From NCBI RefSeq assembly GCF_964213995.1, contig NC_135819.1:52204001-52268000 (forward strand): a stretch of 64,000 nucleotides of DNA, given 5' to 3'. The translations under genes and the position numbers were made by a program. Below are positions 53,718-64,000 of this stretch, in pieces. Positions within the stretch are counted from its first letter, which is position 1; each line of letters begins with the position of its first letter. The notes beneath the pieces were generated by a model. That model did not search any database. It worked only from the letters and a program-made list of their open reading frames with translations, and had not been told where the DNA came from. This DNA is from Mustelus asterias (taxonomy: Eukaryota).

Positions 53718-54060
53718 GGCACGGTAGCACAGTGGTTAGCACTGCTGCTTCACAGCTCCAGGGACCTGGGTTCGATTCCCGGCTTGGGTCACTGTCTGTG
53801 TGGAGTTTGCACATTCTCCTCGTGTCTACGTGGGTTTCCTCCGGGTGCTCCGGTTTCCTCCCATTGTCCAAAGATGTGCGGGTTAGGTTGATTGGCCATG
53901 CTAAAATTGTCCTTAGTGTCCTGAGATGCGTAGGTTAGAGGGATTAGTGGGTAAATATGTAGGGATATGGGGGTAGGGCCTGGGTGGGATTGTGGTCGGT
54001 GCAGACTCGATGGGCCGAATGGCCTCTTTCTGTGCTGTAGGGTTTCTATGATTCTATGAT
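53718..54060 (+). mobile_element. Full-length tRNA-derived V-domain SINE (HE1-like) with CR1-type tail; similar copies at about 60-230(-), 231-455(+), 24175-24520(+), 32005-32255(-), 36180-36460(-)
   Basis: A box GGTAGCACAGTGG, B box GGTTCGATTCC, central GTGGAGTTTGCACATTCTCC...GGGTTTCCTCCGGGTGCTCCGGTTTCCTCCCAC, tail GATGGGCCGAATGGCC...CTATGATTCTATGA. Confidence 0.85.
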
Positions 54061-54285
54061 AAAAGAGATTGTTAAGAAATATATTATAAACAGCTTACTG
54101 TTAAATTATAAATACGTACAGACATTTTTCAGCACTCATGATATCTCCTGAACTTCGCAGAATCCATTATAGAAATGAAATACAGTTTATATATTTACAA
54201 ATTTATTAGTGTGGCAAGCCAGTTTACAATGGACTGCATTTCCACAAAAAAATTAAACTAATAAGAATGGCAACACTGCACTCAC

Positions 54286-54459
54286 CAATAGGAAATGCAA
54301 ATATATTTGGGAGAGTTCTAGAGCAATAGAAGAGAAGATGAAACTGGGTTGCTGAGATCCAACAGTAAAAAGAAGCTGCAGTCGAGCCAAACTGCTTCCT
54401 AACTTCTTTCTGAAGCATCCACAGTGCGTAAATCACACAGAGACCCAGGCATCCTCGAA
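54286..54459 (-). CDS. ALG12: ALG12 coding exon 3 (VRGCLGL...[20 protein letters not shown])
   Basis: AACAG acceptor, GTGAG donor, 174 nt. Confidence 0.95.
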
Positions 54460-54523
54460 CTGTTAAAAAACACAGAGGAAGCTGAACACAATTCAATATT
54501 CTTTCATTAACAGGCATCATGAT

Positions 54524-54830
54524 TAAAAGTTTAAAGTTTATTTATTAGTGTCACAAGTAGGCCTACATTAACACCGCAATGAAGTTACTGTGAAAATCCC
54601 CTAGTCGCCACACTCCGACGCCTGTTCGGGTACACTGAGGGAGAATTTAGCATGGCCAATGCACCCTAACCAGCACATCTTTCGGACTGTGGGAGGAAAC
54701 CGGAGCACCCGGAGGAAACCAACGCAGACACGGGGAGAACGTGCAAACTCCACACAGACAGTGACCCAAGCCGGGAATCGAACCCAGGTCCCTGGTGCTG
54801 TGAGGCAGCAGTGCTGACCACTGTGCCACC
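54524..54830 (-). mobile_element. tRNA-derived V-domain SINE, second tail type; copies at about 7240-7477(-), 34412-34690(+), 39264-39552(+), 39956-40254(+), 42415-42660(+), 43770-43985(+), 43990-44190(-), 47108-47405(-), 57570-57860(+)
   Basis: Same head and core as above, but the tail is CTCCCTCAGTGTACCCGAACAGGCG..GGAGTGTGGCGACTAGGGGATTTTCACAGTAACTTCATTGC...GTGACACTAATAAATAAAC. Confidence 0.85.
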
Positions 54831-56129
54831 GGTGATGCTTTTTGGAAGATGGACACTTTGCTTCAAAAAAAAGCAGTATAGAATATGCACACTGTACCTT
54901 GATCAGGTGTACTCTAGAGGGGTCAGTTGACTTTTTATGGTTTCTATGCAGACAGGGACTAACTTCATGTCTGTACAAATCTCTGAAAAGTCAATAAATG
55001 TAAATGGCCTCCAAGTGCTTATGACCGCCCTATCTGTTTGAACTGAAAAGACTTAAATTAACAATGGCTGCCATACTTGCTGACACAATGAAGATGGGAT
55101 TTCAAATAAAGACATATGGGAGGCTGGAATGTTGATGGGATATCATTCATTCTCCATTTTGCGTCAATTTTATCTGCCATATTTTCTTTTCATTCTATGG
55201 ACAATGAAAAGCATCAATGCTGTTGTCACATTGCTGAAACTGGCTGGAGTTAGCCAATATGTTATTAATCGATAAGAGCAGCCCAGTGGGTCAGTCTGAG
55301 ACACAACGACAAGAAGGGAACCATTTCTCATCCAGCATAAGATTGGACCCTGCTTCAAAAAGAAAGTAATCTCAGGCAGTGAAGTGAGGCTAATTCATTT
55401 TACCTGCAGGATCATAAATTGTTACTACAGGAGCTCGGCCACAATTTCATCTCAAAGAGCCAGAAATCTCCAACCTCCACTGTCTGCAGTGAACCAAGAG
55501 AGAATCATTCAAGCCTGCAACATTTCAATCATCATCTTAAGGACTGTTTAAAAATGTGATGTGATTCTTTTACCCTTTTCAGTAATTTAGATGTTACCTC
55601 TGAGGAAATAGTTTTTCTTGAGTATGTGTGTATTTAGTATGTGTTGTGATTACATTTCAGGTATTGTGCAAAATAAATATTTACCCTCTCCTTTGATTTA
55701 AACTTACGTGATGGCCTGCTTCCTGTCTATTCTATAAATCAAGCGGTTAAAATACTCCTTCTCAAAAATTTTTTTTTTTTGTGCTCAGCCAAGGCATGAG
55801 AAAAGGGGGGGAAACTATCCCACTTCTCTCCCCATATGTAACAATAAGTATTACATCTCTGATTAAAAAAGCTGAAGATCACAAGGTGCACTTATTATAT
55901 AGTCCGATTATACCCTGTTTATCAACTGGAAGCAGTCATTAATTAGAAATTATAACAACTCTTGTATCTTCAATTCTCTGGTACTAAATGGCTTCCAGTC
56001 AGATCTGTTAATGGATGGGAGATCATGGAGCATAATTTGCTGTGACAGGGTATCAAACGAGTCTGCCTTTATTAGATTCTCTTTGTGTATTTAGGTTTGT
56101 GTATTTGGATGGTGATCTGAACTGATATC

Positions 56130-56590
56130 TGGGATGAGGGAGTTATCTTATAAGGAAAGGTTAAAAAGGCCCAGTCTGTATCCATTGGAGTTTAGAAGAT
56201 TGAGAGGAGATCTTATTGAGACATGTAGGTTCCCAAAGGGATTTGACAGAGTGGATGCTGAAGGGATGTTCCCCCCTGTGAGAGAGACTAAAACAAGGGG
56301 ACACAGTTTAAACATAAGGGGTCCTCCATATAAGACAAAAATTAGAAGGTTTCTTCTCTCCGAGGGTCATGAATCTTTGGAACTTTCTTCCCCAGAGAGC
56401 GTTGAGGGAGGTTCAATTAATATTTTTAAGGCAGAGGTAGATAGATTCTTGACTAACAAGGGAGTTAAAGGTTAACGGAGTAGGCTGGATGTAGAATTGA
56501 GACCACAACAAGATCAGCCATGATCTTGTCGAATGGCAAGAACAGGCTGGAGGGGCTAAATGGTCTAGTCCTACTAGTTCATTTTTTGTA
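56130..56590 (+). mobile_element. CR1-type LINE 3' end; similar fragments at about 455-895(-), 9170-9720(-), 20870-21290(+), 35060-35560(+), 45960-46200(-), 52155-52390(+)
   Basis: LSYKERLK...LEFRRLRGDLIET; shared GATCAGCCATGATC..GAATGG..GAGCAGGCTCGAGGGG 3' UTR. Confidence 0.8.
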
Positions 56591-58369
56591 TGTTTTAAGA
56601 ATTTTCACCTAGTGAGTTATTGAAAAGGTAAGTTGATAATGTTGTATTGAGGGAAATAGGGCATTTGGAAACTGAGTGAACAGGGAAGACAACTCTGCAT
56701 CCCCTTAGCCAAATTGAAGGATTGTGAAATTATCAGCAAAAGTGCAAATTAGAGTAGTTGAATTGGCTATGCTAAATTGCCCCTTAAGTGTCCCAAGATG
56801 TGTAGGTTAGGGGGATTAGCACCTGGGTAAGATACTCAGTTGGAGTGTTGGTTAATGGGCCGAATGGCCTCCTGCTGCACTGTAATTGTTCTATGTTTTA
56901 GGTTAGCAATGTAAAACAACCCAACAACATAAATTTAGCATCAAACACATGTGGTGTAGTCAAACAAGACATTTTCCAATATATTTTGTTTATCAATTGT
57001 ATCAATTAGAAAACTAGAATATTCCAGCTATCATCCCCTTTTTAACATCCAGCTGATTTTTGAAAATGGAATATCTAGTCCTAAGAGGATCTCAGTGCTT
57101 TGGTCCAAAATGAGCACCAACCATTCTGACACAGCCTGCACACTACAATATACTACTCTGTGTGAATGTGCCAACGTTGAATGTTTTGTTGGGCCACAAC
57201 CAGAATCAGGCCATGAAAGCCATGTTATAAGCTGAACCAATCATTTCTATTTAGAAATAGCTCAGAAGGATTTACTGACAAGATGTTCATTTACTATAAT
57301 GATTCATACACTTAAATAATAAACTGGATCAACCACTGAGAGTATTTTCACTGAGGCAGGAATAGAGGGTGAAGAGAGATTCCAAATACGATGGGTGGTA
57401 TTTTCCGGCCACGCTCGCCCCAAAATCCCACGTGAGATCAACGGACCTTTGCATGGCTGTGACCTGCTACAATTCCCGTGGTGGGCAGGACAGGAAAATT
57501 CCCGATATCAATAAGACAGCATTCGTTATACTAGTGTCAATAGTCAGGAGTGGGGCTGTCTATGTATAGTAGCACAGTGGTTAGCACTACTGCCTCACAG
57601 TGCCAGGGACCCGGGTTCAATTCCCAGCTTGGGTCACTATCTGTGCGGAGTCTGCACGTTCTCCCCGTGTCTGCATGGGTTTCCTCCGAGTGCTCCAGTT
57701 TCCTCCCACAGTCTAAAATACGTGCTGGTTAGGTGCATTGGTCATGCTAAATTCTCCCTCGGTGTACCCAAACAAGCACCAGAGTGTCGTGACTAAAGGA
57801 TTTTCACAGTAACTTCAGTACAGTGTTAATGTAAGGTTACTTGTGACATTAATAAATAAATAGTATAGGTCTCACAGACCGTTCACTCCACAGTGGAAAC
57901 AACTGATTAAAGCAATTTCTCGAAAATAAAATTGAGGCAATAGAACTGCAATTATTACAAACACACATACATGCAGTTGTAGTAAAAATATCTCAATGTC
58001 ATGCAGCATATTAAACTGTTTTTGTCAAGTTTCATGCAAAAAATATGAAACACAGCGTTTTTTTAAAAACATGCTTCGACCATTCCCGAGATTTCTCTCC
58101 ATTTCGAAATCAACTGCATAGACTAAGACTGCAATGAAATTTAACTTAATAAAGGTAAAATACTGCATATACTGGAATCTGAAACAGAAAATGTTGGAAA
58201 AACTCAGCAAGTCTGACAGTATCTGTGAAGAGAGAATAGGGCCAATGTTTCGAATCAGGATCACAGCTAAAAGTAAATAAAGAGCTAAAGACATCCCCCC
58301 ATAGTATAAATCTCATCCTATTTTCTTTGTCTTTAGCTCTGACTGAGGGTCATCCAGACTCGAAATATT

Positions 58370-59198
58370 GGGCCCCATTTTACCATTTTGATTCTAAGTG
58401 CTGGATGGACTTGAATCTAGGAGTGTTTCAGACCCGACCTTTAGACCCATTCTCAAGACGGGCATACGCACTTTGCCTGAAAAAATATCAGTGATTCCGA
58501 ATCGCGCTGCACAAGCCTGTGGGTGGGACTTAACGCGTTCGAAATCCTGCAGCTCCGATCAGCACCTCCAACTGCGCATGTGCAGAAAAAAAAGATAGAA
58601 TGCAGCTCCCCTGCCACATCCCTCCCAGGCCGAATAATGCCTCCCCCTGGCCCCCACAAACATTGCTCCGCCCCACAACATTACTGACCCCCTTATTCCC
58701 CCAACCCCTGCCACCCAGACCGATCGCGGCCCCCAGCCCATTTCCCCCCCACCGATCTCAGGCAGTGTGGCAGCGGACCCCCGCCTTCCCCTTCATTGAT
58801 CACAGGCAGAGTTCGAGCAGACCACCCCCCCACCGATCTCAAGCAGAGAGCCGTCGGACACTCGGCACTTACCTCCTCACTAACTGGAGCACCCAAATCG
58901 GACTTTTGGAGAGCATGTCTGTTTCACGCCGATTCTGGATGGGCGAACGTGGTGGTAAAGGGGGAAATATCAGTGAGGTTGGGGATGCAGCCCATTAAGT
59001 CAATTTAAATGCATGCAAATATATTTAAATGGCGGTCACGCCAGTTTCGGGCACGGTCCTGATCGCAGCCATTTTCGGGCCTTGGTAAAGGGGGAACTGG
59101 CGCGGAGTTGGGCGCAGATCGCGCTACTCTCTTCACGCCCGACTTTACCAAGTTTTCGCACCTGAAAATAGGTGCAACACAATGGTAAAATCGGGCCC
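58370..59198. mobile_element. Non-autonomous TIR DNA transposon (PIF/Harbinger-like MITE)
   Basis: TIRs GGGCCCCATTTTACCATT ... AATGGTAAAATCGGGCCC (one mismatch); no transposase ORF. Confidence 0.75.
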
Positions 59199-59310
59199 GC
59201 TGGCTCTATTCTCTCTCGATGTGGAGATGCCGGCGTTGGACTGGGGTAAACACAGTAAGAGTTTTAACAACATCAGGTTAAAGTCCAACAGGTTTATTTG
59301 GTAGCAAATG

Positions 59311-59347
59311 CCATTAGCTTTCGGAGCCCTGCTCCTTCGTCAGATGG
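59311..59347 (-). ncRNA. Minimal type I hammerhead ribozyme motif, inverted-arm copy
   Basis: Reverse complement is identical to the 61931-61967 motif. Confidence 0.75.
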
Positions 59348-61930
59348 AGTGGATATCTGCTCCCAAACAAGGCACGCAGAGACACAAAATCAATTTACAG
59401 AATACTGATTAGAATGCGAATCTTTACAGCGAATCAAGTCTTAAAGATACAGACAATGTGAGTGGAGGGAGCATTAGGCACAGGTTAAAGAAATGTGTAT
59501 TGTTTCCGGACAGGACAGCCAGTGAGATTCTGCAAGTCCAGGAGGCAAGCTGTGGGGGTTACCGATAGTGTGACACGAACCCAACATCCCGGTTTAGGCC
59601 ATCCTCATGTGTGCGGAACTTGGCTATCACTTTCTGCTCAGCGACTCTGCGCTGTCGTGTGTCGTGAAGGCCGCCTTGGAGAACGCTTACCCGAAGATCA
59701 GAGACTGAATGCCCGTGACCGCTGAAGTGCTCCCCAACAGGAAGAGAACAGTCTTGCCTGGTGATTGTCAAGCGGTGTTCATTCATCCATTGTCGTAGCA
59801 TCTGCATGGTTTCCCCAATGTAGCATGCCTCGGGACATCCTTTCCTGCAGCGTATCAGGTAGACAATGTTGGCCAAGTAGGTACCATGTACCTGGTAGAT
59901 GGTGTTCTCACATGAGATGATAGCATCCGTGTCGATGATCCAGCACGTCTTGCAGAGGTTGCTGCGGCAGGGTTGTGTGGTGTCGTGGTCACTGTTCGCC
60001 TGAAGGCTGGGTAGTTTGCTGCGGACAATGGTCTGTTTGAGGTTGTGCGGTTGTTTGAAGGCAAGAGGTGGGGGTGTGGGGATGGCCGTGGCGAGATGTT
60101 AGTCTTCATCAATGACATGTTGAAGGCTCCGGAGGAGATGCCGTAGCTTCTCCACTCCGGGGAAGTACAGGACGACGAAGGGTACTCTGTCCACCATGTC
60201 CCGTGTTTGTCTTCTGAGGAGGTCGGTGCGGTTTTTCGCTGTGGTGCGTCGGAACTGTCGATCGACGAGTCGAGCGCCATATCCTGTTCTTATGAGGGCA
60301 TCTTTCAGCATCTGGAGGTATCGGTTGCGATCCTCCTCATCCGAGCAGATCCTGTGTTTACGGAGGGCTTGCCTATAGGGGATGGCTTCTTTAACGTGTT
60401 TAGGGTGGAAGCTGGAGAAGTGGAGCATCGTGAGGTGATCCGTGGGCTTGCGGTACAGTGAGGTGCTGAGGTGACCGTCCTTAATGGAGATGTGTGTGTC
60501 CAAGAATGCAACCGATCCCGGAGAGTGGTCCATGGTGAGTCTGATGGTGGGATGGAACTTGTTGATGTCATCATACAGTTGTTTCAGTGATTGTTCACCA
60601 TGAGTCCAAAGGAAGAAAATGTCATCGATGTATCTAGCGTATAGCATTGGTTGAAGGTCCTCTGCGGTGAAGAAGTCTTGTTCGAACCTGTGCATGAAGA
60701 TGTTGGCATATTGAGGTGCGAATTTGGTCCCCGTGGCTGTTTCGTGTGTCTGGATGAAAAACTGGTTGTTGAAGGTGAAGACATTGTGGTCCAGGATGAA
60801 GTGGATGAGTTGTAAAATTGCATCTGGAAACTGGCAGTTGTCGGCGTTGAGTACTGAGGCTGTTGCAGCGATCGCCATTTCCGACGCGCCACAGCGAAAA
60901 ACCGCACCGACCTCCTCAGAAGACAAACACGGGACATTGTGGACAGAGTACCCTTCATCGTCCAGTACTTCCCCGGAGCGGAGAAGCTACGGCATCTCCT
61001 CCGGAGGCTTCAACATGTCATTGATGAAGACGAACATCTCACCAAGGCCATCCCCACACCCCCACTTCTTGCCTTCAAACAACTGCAGAACCTCAAACAG
61101 ACCATTGTCCGCAGCAAACTACCCAGCCTTCAGTGACCACGACACCACACAACCCTGCCACAGCAACCTCTGCAAGTTGTGCCGGATCATCGACACGGAT
61201 GCTATCATCTCACGTGAGAACACCATCTACCAGGTACACGGTATCTACTCTTGCAACTCGGCCAATGTTGTCTACCTGATACGCTGCAGGAAAGGATGTC
61301 CCGAGGTATGGTACATTGGGGAAACCATGCAGACGCTACGACAATGGATGAATGAACACTGCTCGACAATCACCAGGCAAGACTGTTCTCTTCCTGTTGG
61401 GGAGCACTTCAGCGGTCACGGGCATTCAGTCTCTGATCTTCGCATAAGCGTTCTCCAAGGCGGCCTTCACGACACACGACAGCGCAGAGTCGCTGAGCAG
61501 AAACTGATAGCCAAGTTCCGCACACATGAGGACGGCCTAAACCGGGATGTTGGGTTCGTGTCACACTATCGGTAACCCCCACAGCTTGCCTCCTGGACTT
61601 GCAGAATCTCACTGGCTGTCCTGTCTGGAGACAATACACATTTCTTTAACCTGTGCCTATTGCTCTCTCCACTCACACTGTCTGTATCTTTAAGGCTTGA
61701 TTAGCTGTAAAGATTCGCATTCTAATCAGTATTCTGTAAATTGATTTTGTGTCTCTGTGTGCCTTGTTTGGGTGTGGAGATGCCGGTGTTGGACTGGGGT
61801 AAACACAGTAAGAAGTTTAACAACACCAGGTTAAAGTCCAACTGGCTTTTGCTACCAAATAAACCTGTTGGACTTTAACCTGGTGTTGTTAAACTTCTTA
61901 CTGTGCCTTGTTTGGGAGCAGATATCCACT

Positions 61931-61967
61931 CCATCTGACGAAGGAGCAGGGCTCCGAAAGCTAATGG
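61931..61967 (+). ncRNA. Minimal type I hammerhead ribozyme motif in the Penelope 3' repeat
   Basis: CCAT-CTGACGA-A-GGAGC-AGG-GCTCC-GAAA-GCT-A-ATGG: stem I CCAT/ATGG, CUGANGA and GAAA cores, 5-bp stem II, palindromic AGCT stem III. Confidence 0.75.
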
Positions 61968-62109
61968 CATTTGCTACCAAATAAACCTGTTGGACTTTAA
62001 CCTGGTGTTGTTAAAACTCTTAGTCCATTCTCTCTCCACAGATACTGTCAGACCTGCTGAGATTTTCCAACATTTTCTGTTTAACTTCATATAAGTTCGT
62101 CAGACATAC

Positions 62110-62242
62110 CTAGAAGTTGTGAGTAAAACTTGGACACGCCTAGAGCTGAGAGGATGGCAGCTGCTGGAGCAGACAGCAGTGAAATAAAAAGTGGCCCCAC
62201 GAAGGTCCTGGGGACGACACCGGGAAACTCGTGGTGGTCGTA
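62110..62242 (-). CDS. ALG12: ALG12 coding exon 2 ([17 protein letters not shown]...SKFYSQLL)
   Basis: TTCGCAG acceptor after an 87-nt intron, GTATG donor, 133 nt; [14 protein letters not shown] motif. Confidence 0.95.
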
Positions 62243-62329
62243 CTGCGAAAAAGAGAAGCCTCAGTAAGTGAAACAGACAAGAAATGGATAGCGTGCCAAT
62301 TGCAGTCTGGCTAGCTGGTGAACAAGTAC

Positions 62330-62494
62330 CTTGTCCAGGTGCAGGCGGTGGTACAGCAAGTCGTGCGCCGCTTGCAGGTTGAAACTTTCCTCCACTTTAG
62401 TGAAGGGACAAGCCAGCAGGTGAAGGGAAGCGAGCAGAAGCAGAAGTAGCAGGAGAAACACTTCCCTTTGCGCATCCCGGCTCCTCTCAGCCAT
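62330..62494 (-). CDS. ALG12: ALG12 first coding exon (MAERSRD...[27 protein letters not shown])
   Basis: [13 protein letters not shown] motif of the ALG12 alpha-1,6-mannosyltransferase; ATG at 62494, GTACT donor. Confidence 0.94.
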
Positions 62495-62999
62495 GCTGGA
62501 GTGGAAGCACACAGTGCTGGGAGTGGCAATGCAATCCCCAAAGTTAGCACCAGCGCCAAATACACCGGAGTGCAATTGCAATGGCTGTCTGCAGTCAGCA
62601 AATATTTCAGAGGGGATACTGTTATCGAAATCTGGTCTTCTACACGTTTATTACAGAGCCATTGGGTGCCCTGATATGCCACATTGCACTCTAAAGAGGA
62701 GATGGGCTTGAAGCAGGAAGCCACATAAAGCAAAGGAAGGAAAATCAAGCAACTATCCAGCAGAGGGATCCCCTCCCCCTCTCTCAATGACGGCTAACAA
62801 CATCCAGTTCAAAGGAGACCTACACAGGATGTCACGGCTCACAATGTGCGTTCTGGCCGCGATTGAGCCCGACATTCAGTTGGTTATTTATCATAAGGGC
62901 AGGCTATTCTTTTAACGCATCTGTTGTCATTTTCCGGCATTATCAGTAATAAGACAGTCTGCTTGTTAACTACATGGATTGTGTTCGCCTGCTTATTAC

Positions 63000-64000
63000 A
63001 TAGATGTGCATTTCTGCATACATTTCTGTTTGCCTTATATTATGCTGAGATCTGTATTTCTGCATAAATTCCAGTTCAGTCTATAATTATGGATCTGCAT
63101 GCATAACTTTTGGTTTTGTATATAATCATAGATCTGCATTTACGTATAAATTTCTGATTGCCTCCATATTGTGCAGAGATCTGTATTTATGCATAAATTA
63201 CAGTTTTGTCTGTAAGCAGATCTGTATTTATGCATACATTTTCGTTTTGTATATAATTATGTATAGATCTGTATGCTAAATGTCTATTTACCTTTATATT
63301 CTATGATTATGCATGAATCTGTGTTTATGCATACATTTTCATTTTGTATATAGTTTAGTATAGATCTACATATTAAATTTTTGTTTACCTTTATATTATC
63401 CAGAGATCTGTGATCTGTGTTAATGCATGAATCTGTTTGCCTGCAGTTTAATCTATTCCTATCTGCACACATTTTCGTTTTGTGTGTAATTATGCGTAGA
63501 TCTGTATATTAAATTTCTATTTACCTTAATATTATCGAGAGATGTGTTAGTGCATGAATCTGTTTGCCTTCAATTTATGCATCTATTCCTATCTGCATAC
63601 ATTTTCGTTTTGTATGTAATTATGTACAGATCTGTATATTAAATTTCTAATTACCTTTATACTGTACATAGATCTGTGTTAATGCGTGAATCTGTTTGCC
63701 TGAAGTTTATGCATCTATTCCTATCTGCATACATTTTCGTTTTGTATGTAATTATGTACAGATCTGTATATTAAATTTCTATTGACCCTTATACTGTACA
63801 TAGATTTGTATTAGTGCATGAATCTGTTTGCCTGCAGTTTATGCATCTATTCCTATCTGCATACATTTTCGTTTTGTATGTAATTATGTATAGATCTGCA
63901 TATTAAATTTCTATTGACCCTTATACTGTACACAGATCTGTATTAGTGCATGAACCTGTTTGCCTGGAGTTAATGCATCTCCTATCTGCATTGATTCATT
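63000..64000. repeat. AT-rich tandem repeat; 132-bp higher-order unit built from about three ~44-bp monomers
   Basis: TGCRTGAA anchor recurs at 63551, 63683, 63815 and 63947 (period 132); AGATCTG-type monomer starts recur about every 44 bp and are more diverged at 63000-63420. Confidence 0.85.

Larger units (their letters stand above)
59218..62026. mobile_element. Penelope-like retroelement (RT C-terminal part plus GIY-YIG endonuclease), 5'-truncated, arranged as an inverted repeat
   Basis: Minus-strand RT fragment (FAPQYANIFM...YARYIDDIFFLW...FLDT...LYRKPTD); GIY-YIG NVVYLIRCRKGCPEVWYIGET...R..EH in both arms; arms about 59254-60262 (-) and 60869-62021 (+); flanking ATTCTCTCTC duplication (59208-59217 and 62027-62036). 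Confidence 0.92.

Noticed and set aside
53718-53790. tRNA-like A/B boxes as tRNA genes (many copies)
   Set aside because: They are SINE heads continuing into the V-domain core, not stand-alone tRNA genes.
60724-61575. 283-aa ORF as a novel endonuclease gene
   Set aside because: Chimeric read-through across the Penelope inversion junction; only the C-terminal GIY-YIG part is in a meaningful frame.
62500-63000. CRELD2 or the ALG12 non-coding first exon expected from human synteny
   Set aside because: No recognisable CRELD2 coding sequence or CpG island in the window; several candidate acceptors upstream of the ATG cannot be told apart.

Overview
Eukaryotic, intron-rich vertebrate genomic DNA. 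The repeat content (HE1/V-SINE-like SINEs, Deu-domain SINEs, CR1/L2 LINEs, Penelope-like elements) points to an elasmobranch (shark). The window holds two minus-strand genes. BRD1 (BRPF2) has nine coding exons at 1206-28195 and a CpG-island promoter at about 33.0-34.4 kb; its PWWP-coding 3' exons lie off the left edge. ALG12 has a complete nine-exon CDS at 41474-62494 (about 495 aa). Between them, where ZBED4 lies in the human BRD1-ZBED4-ALG12 block, is a heavily decayed, SINE-interrupted plus-strand ZBED4 relic, suggesting loss of this domesticated hAT transposase gene. Other highlights: an ALG12 minor-spliceosome (U12-type) intron that appears to start with CT instead of GT/AT; a Penelope-like retroelement arranged as a ~1 kb inverted repeat with a minimal type I hammerhead ribozyme motif in each arm; further hammerhead-bearing mini and fold-back elements; a five-CCAAT-box promoter array; and a higher-order 132-bp tandem repeat at the right edge. 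All homology calls are by-eye recognition against remembered protein and repeat families, not database searches; repeat boundaries are approximate.
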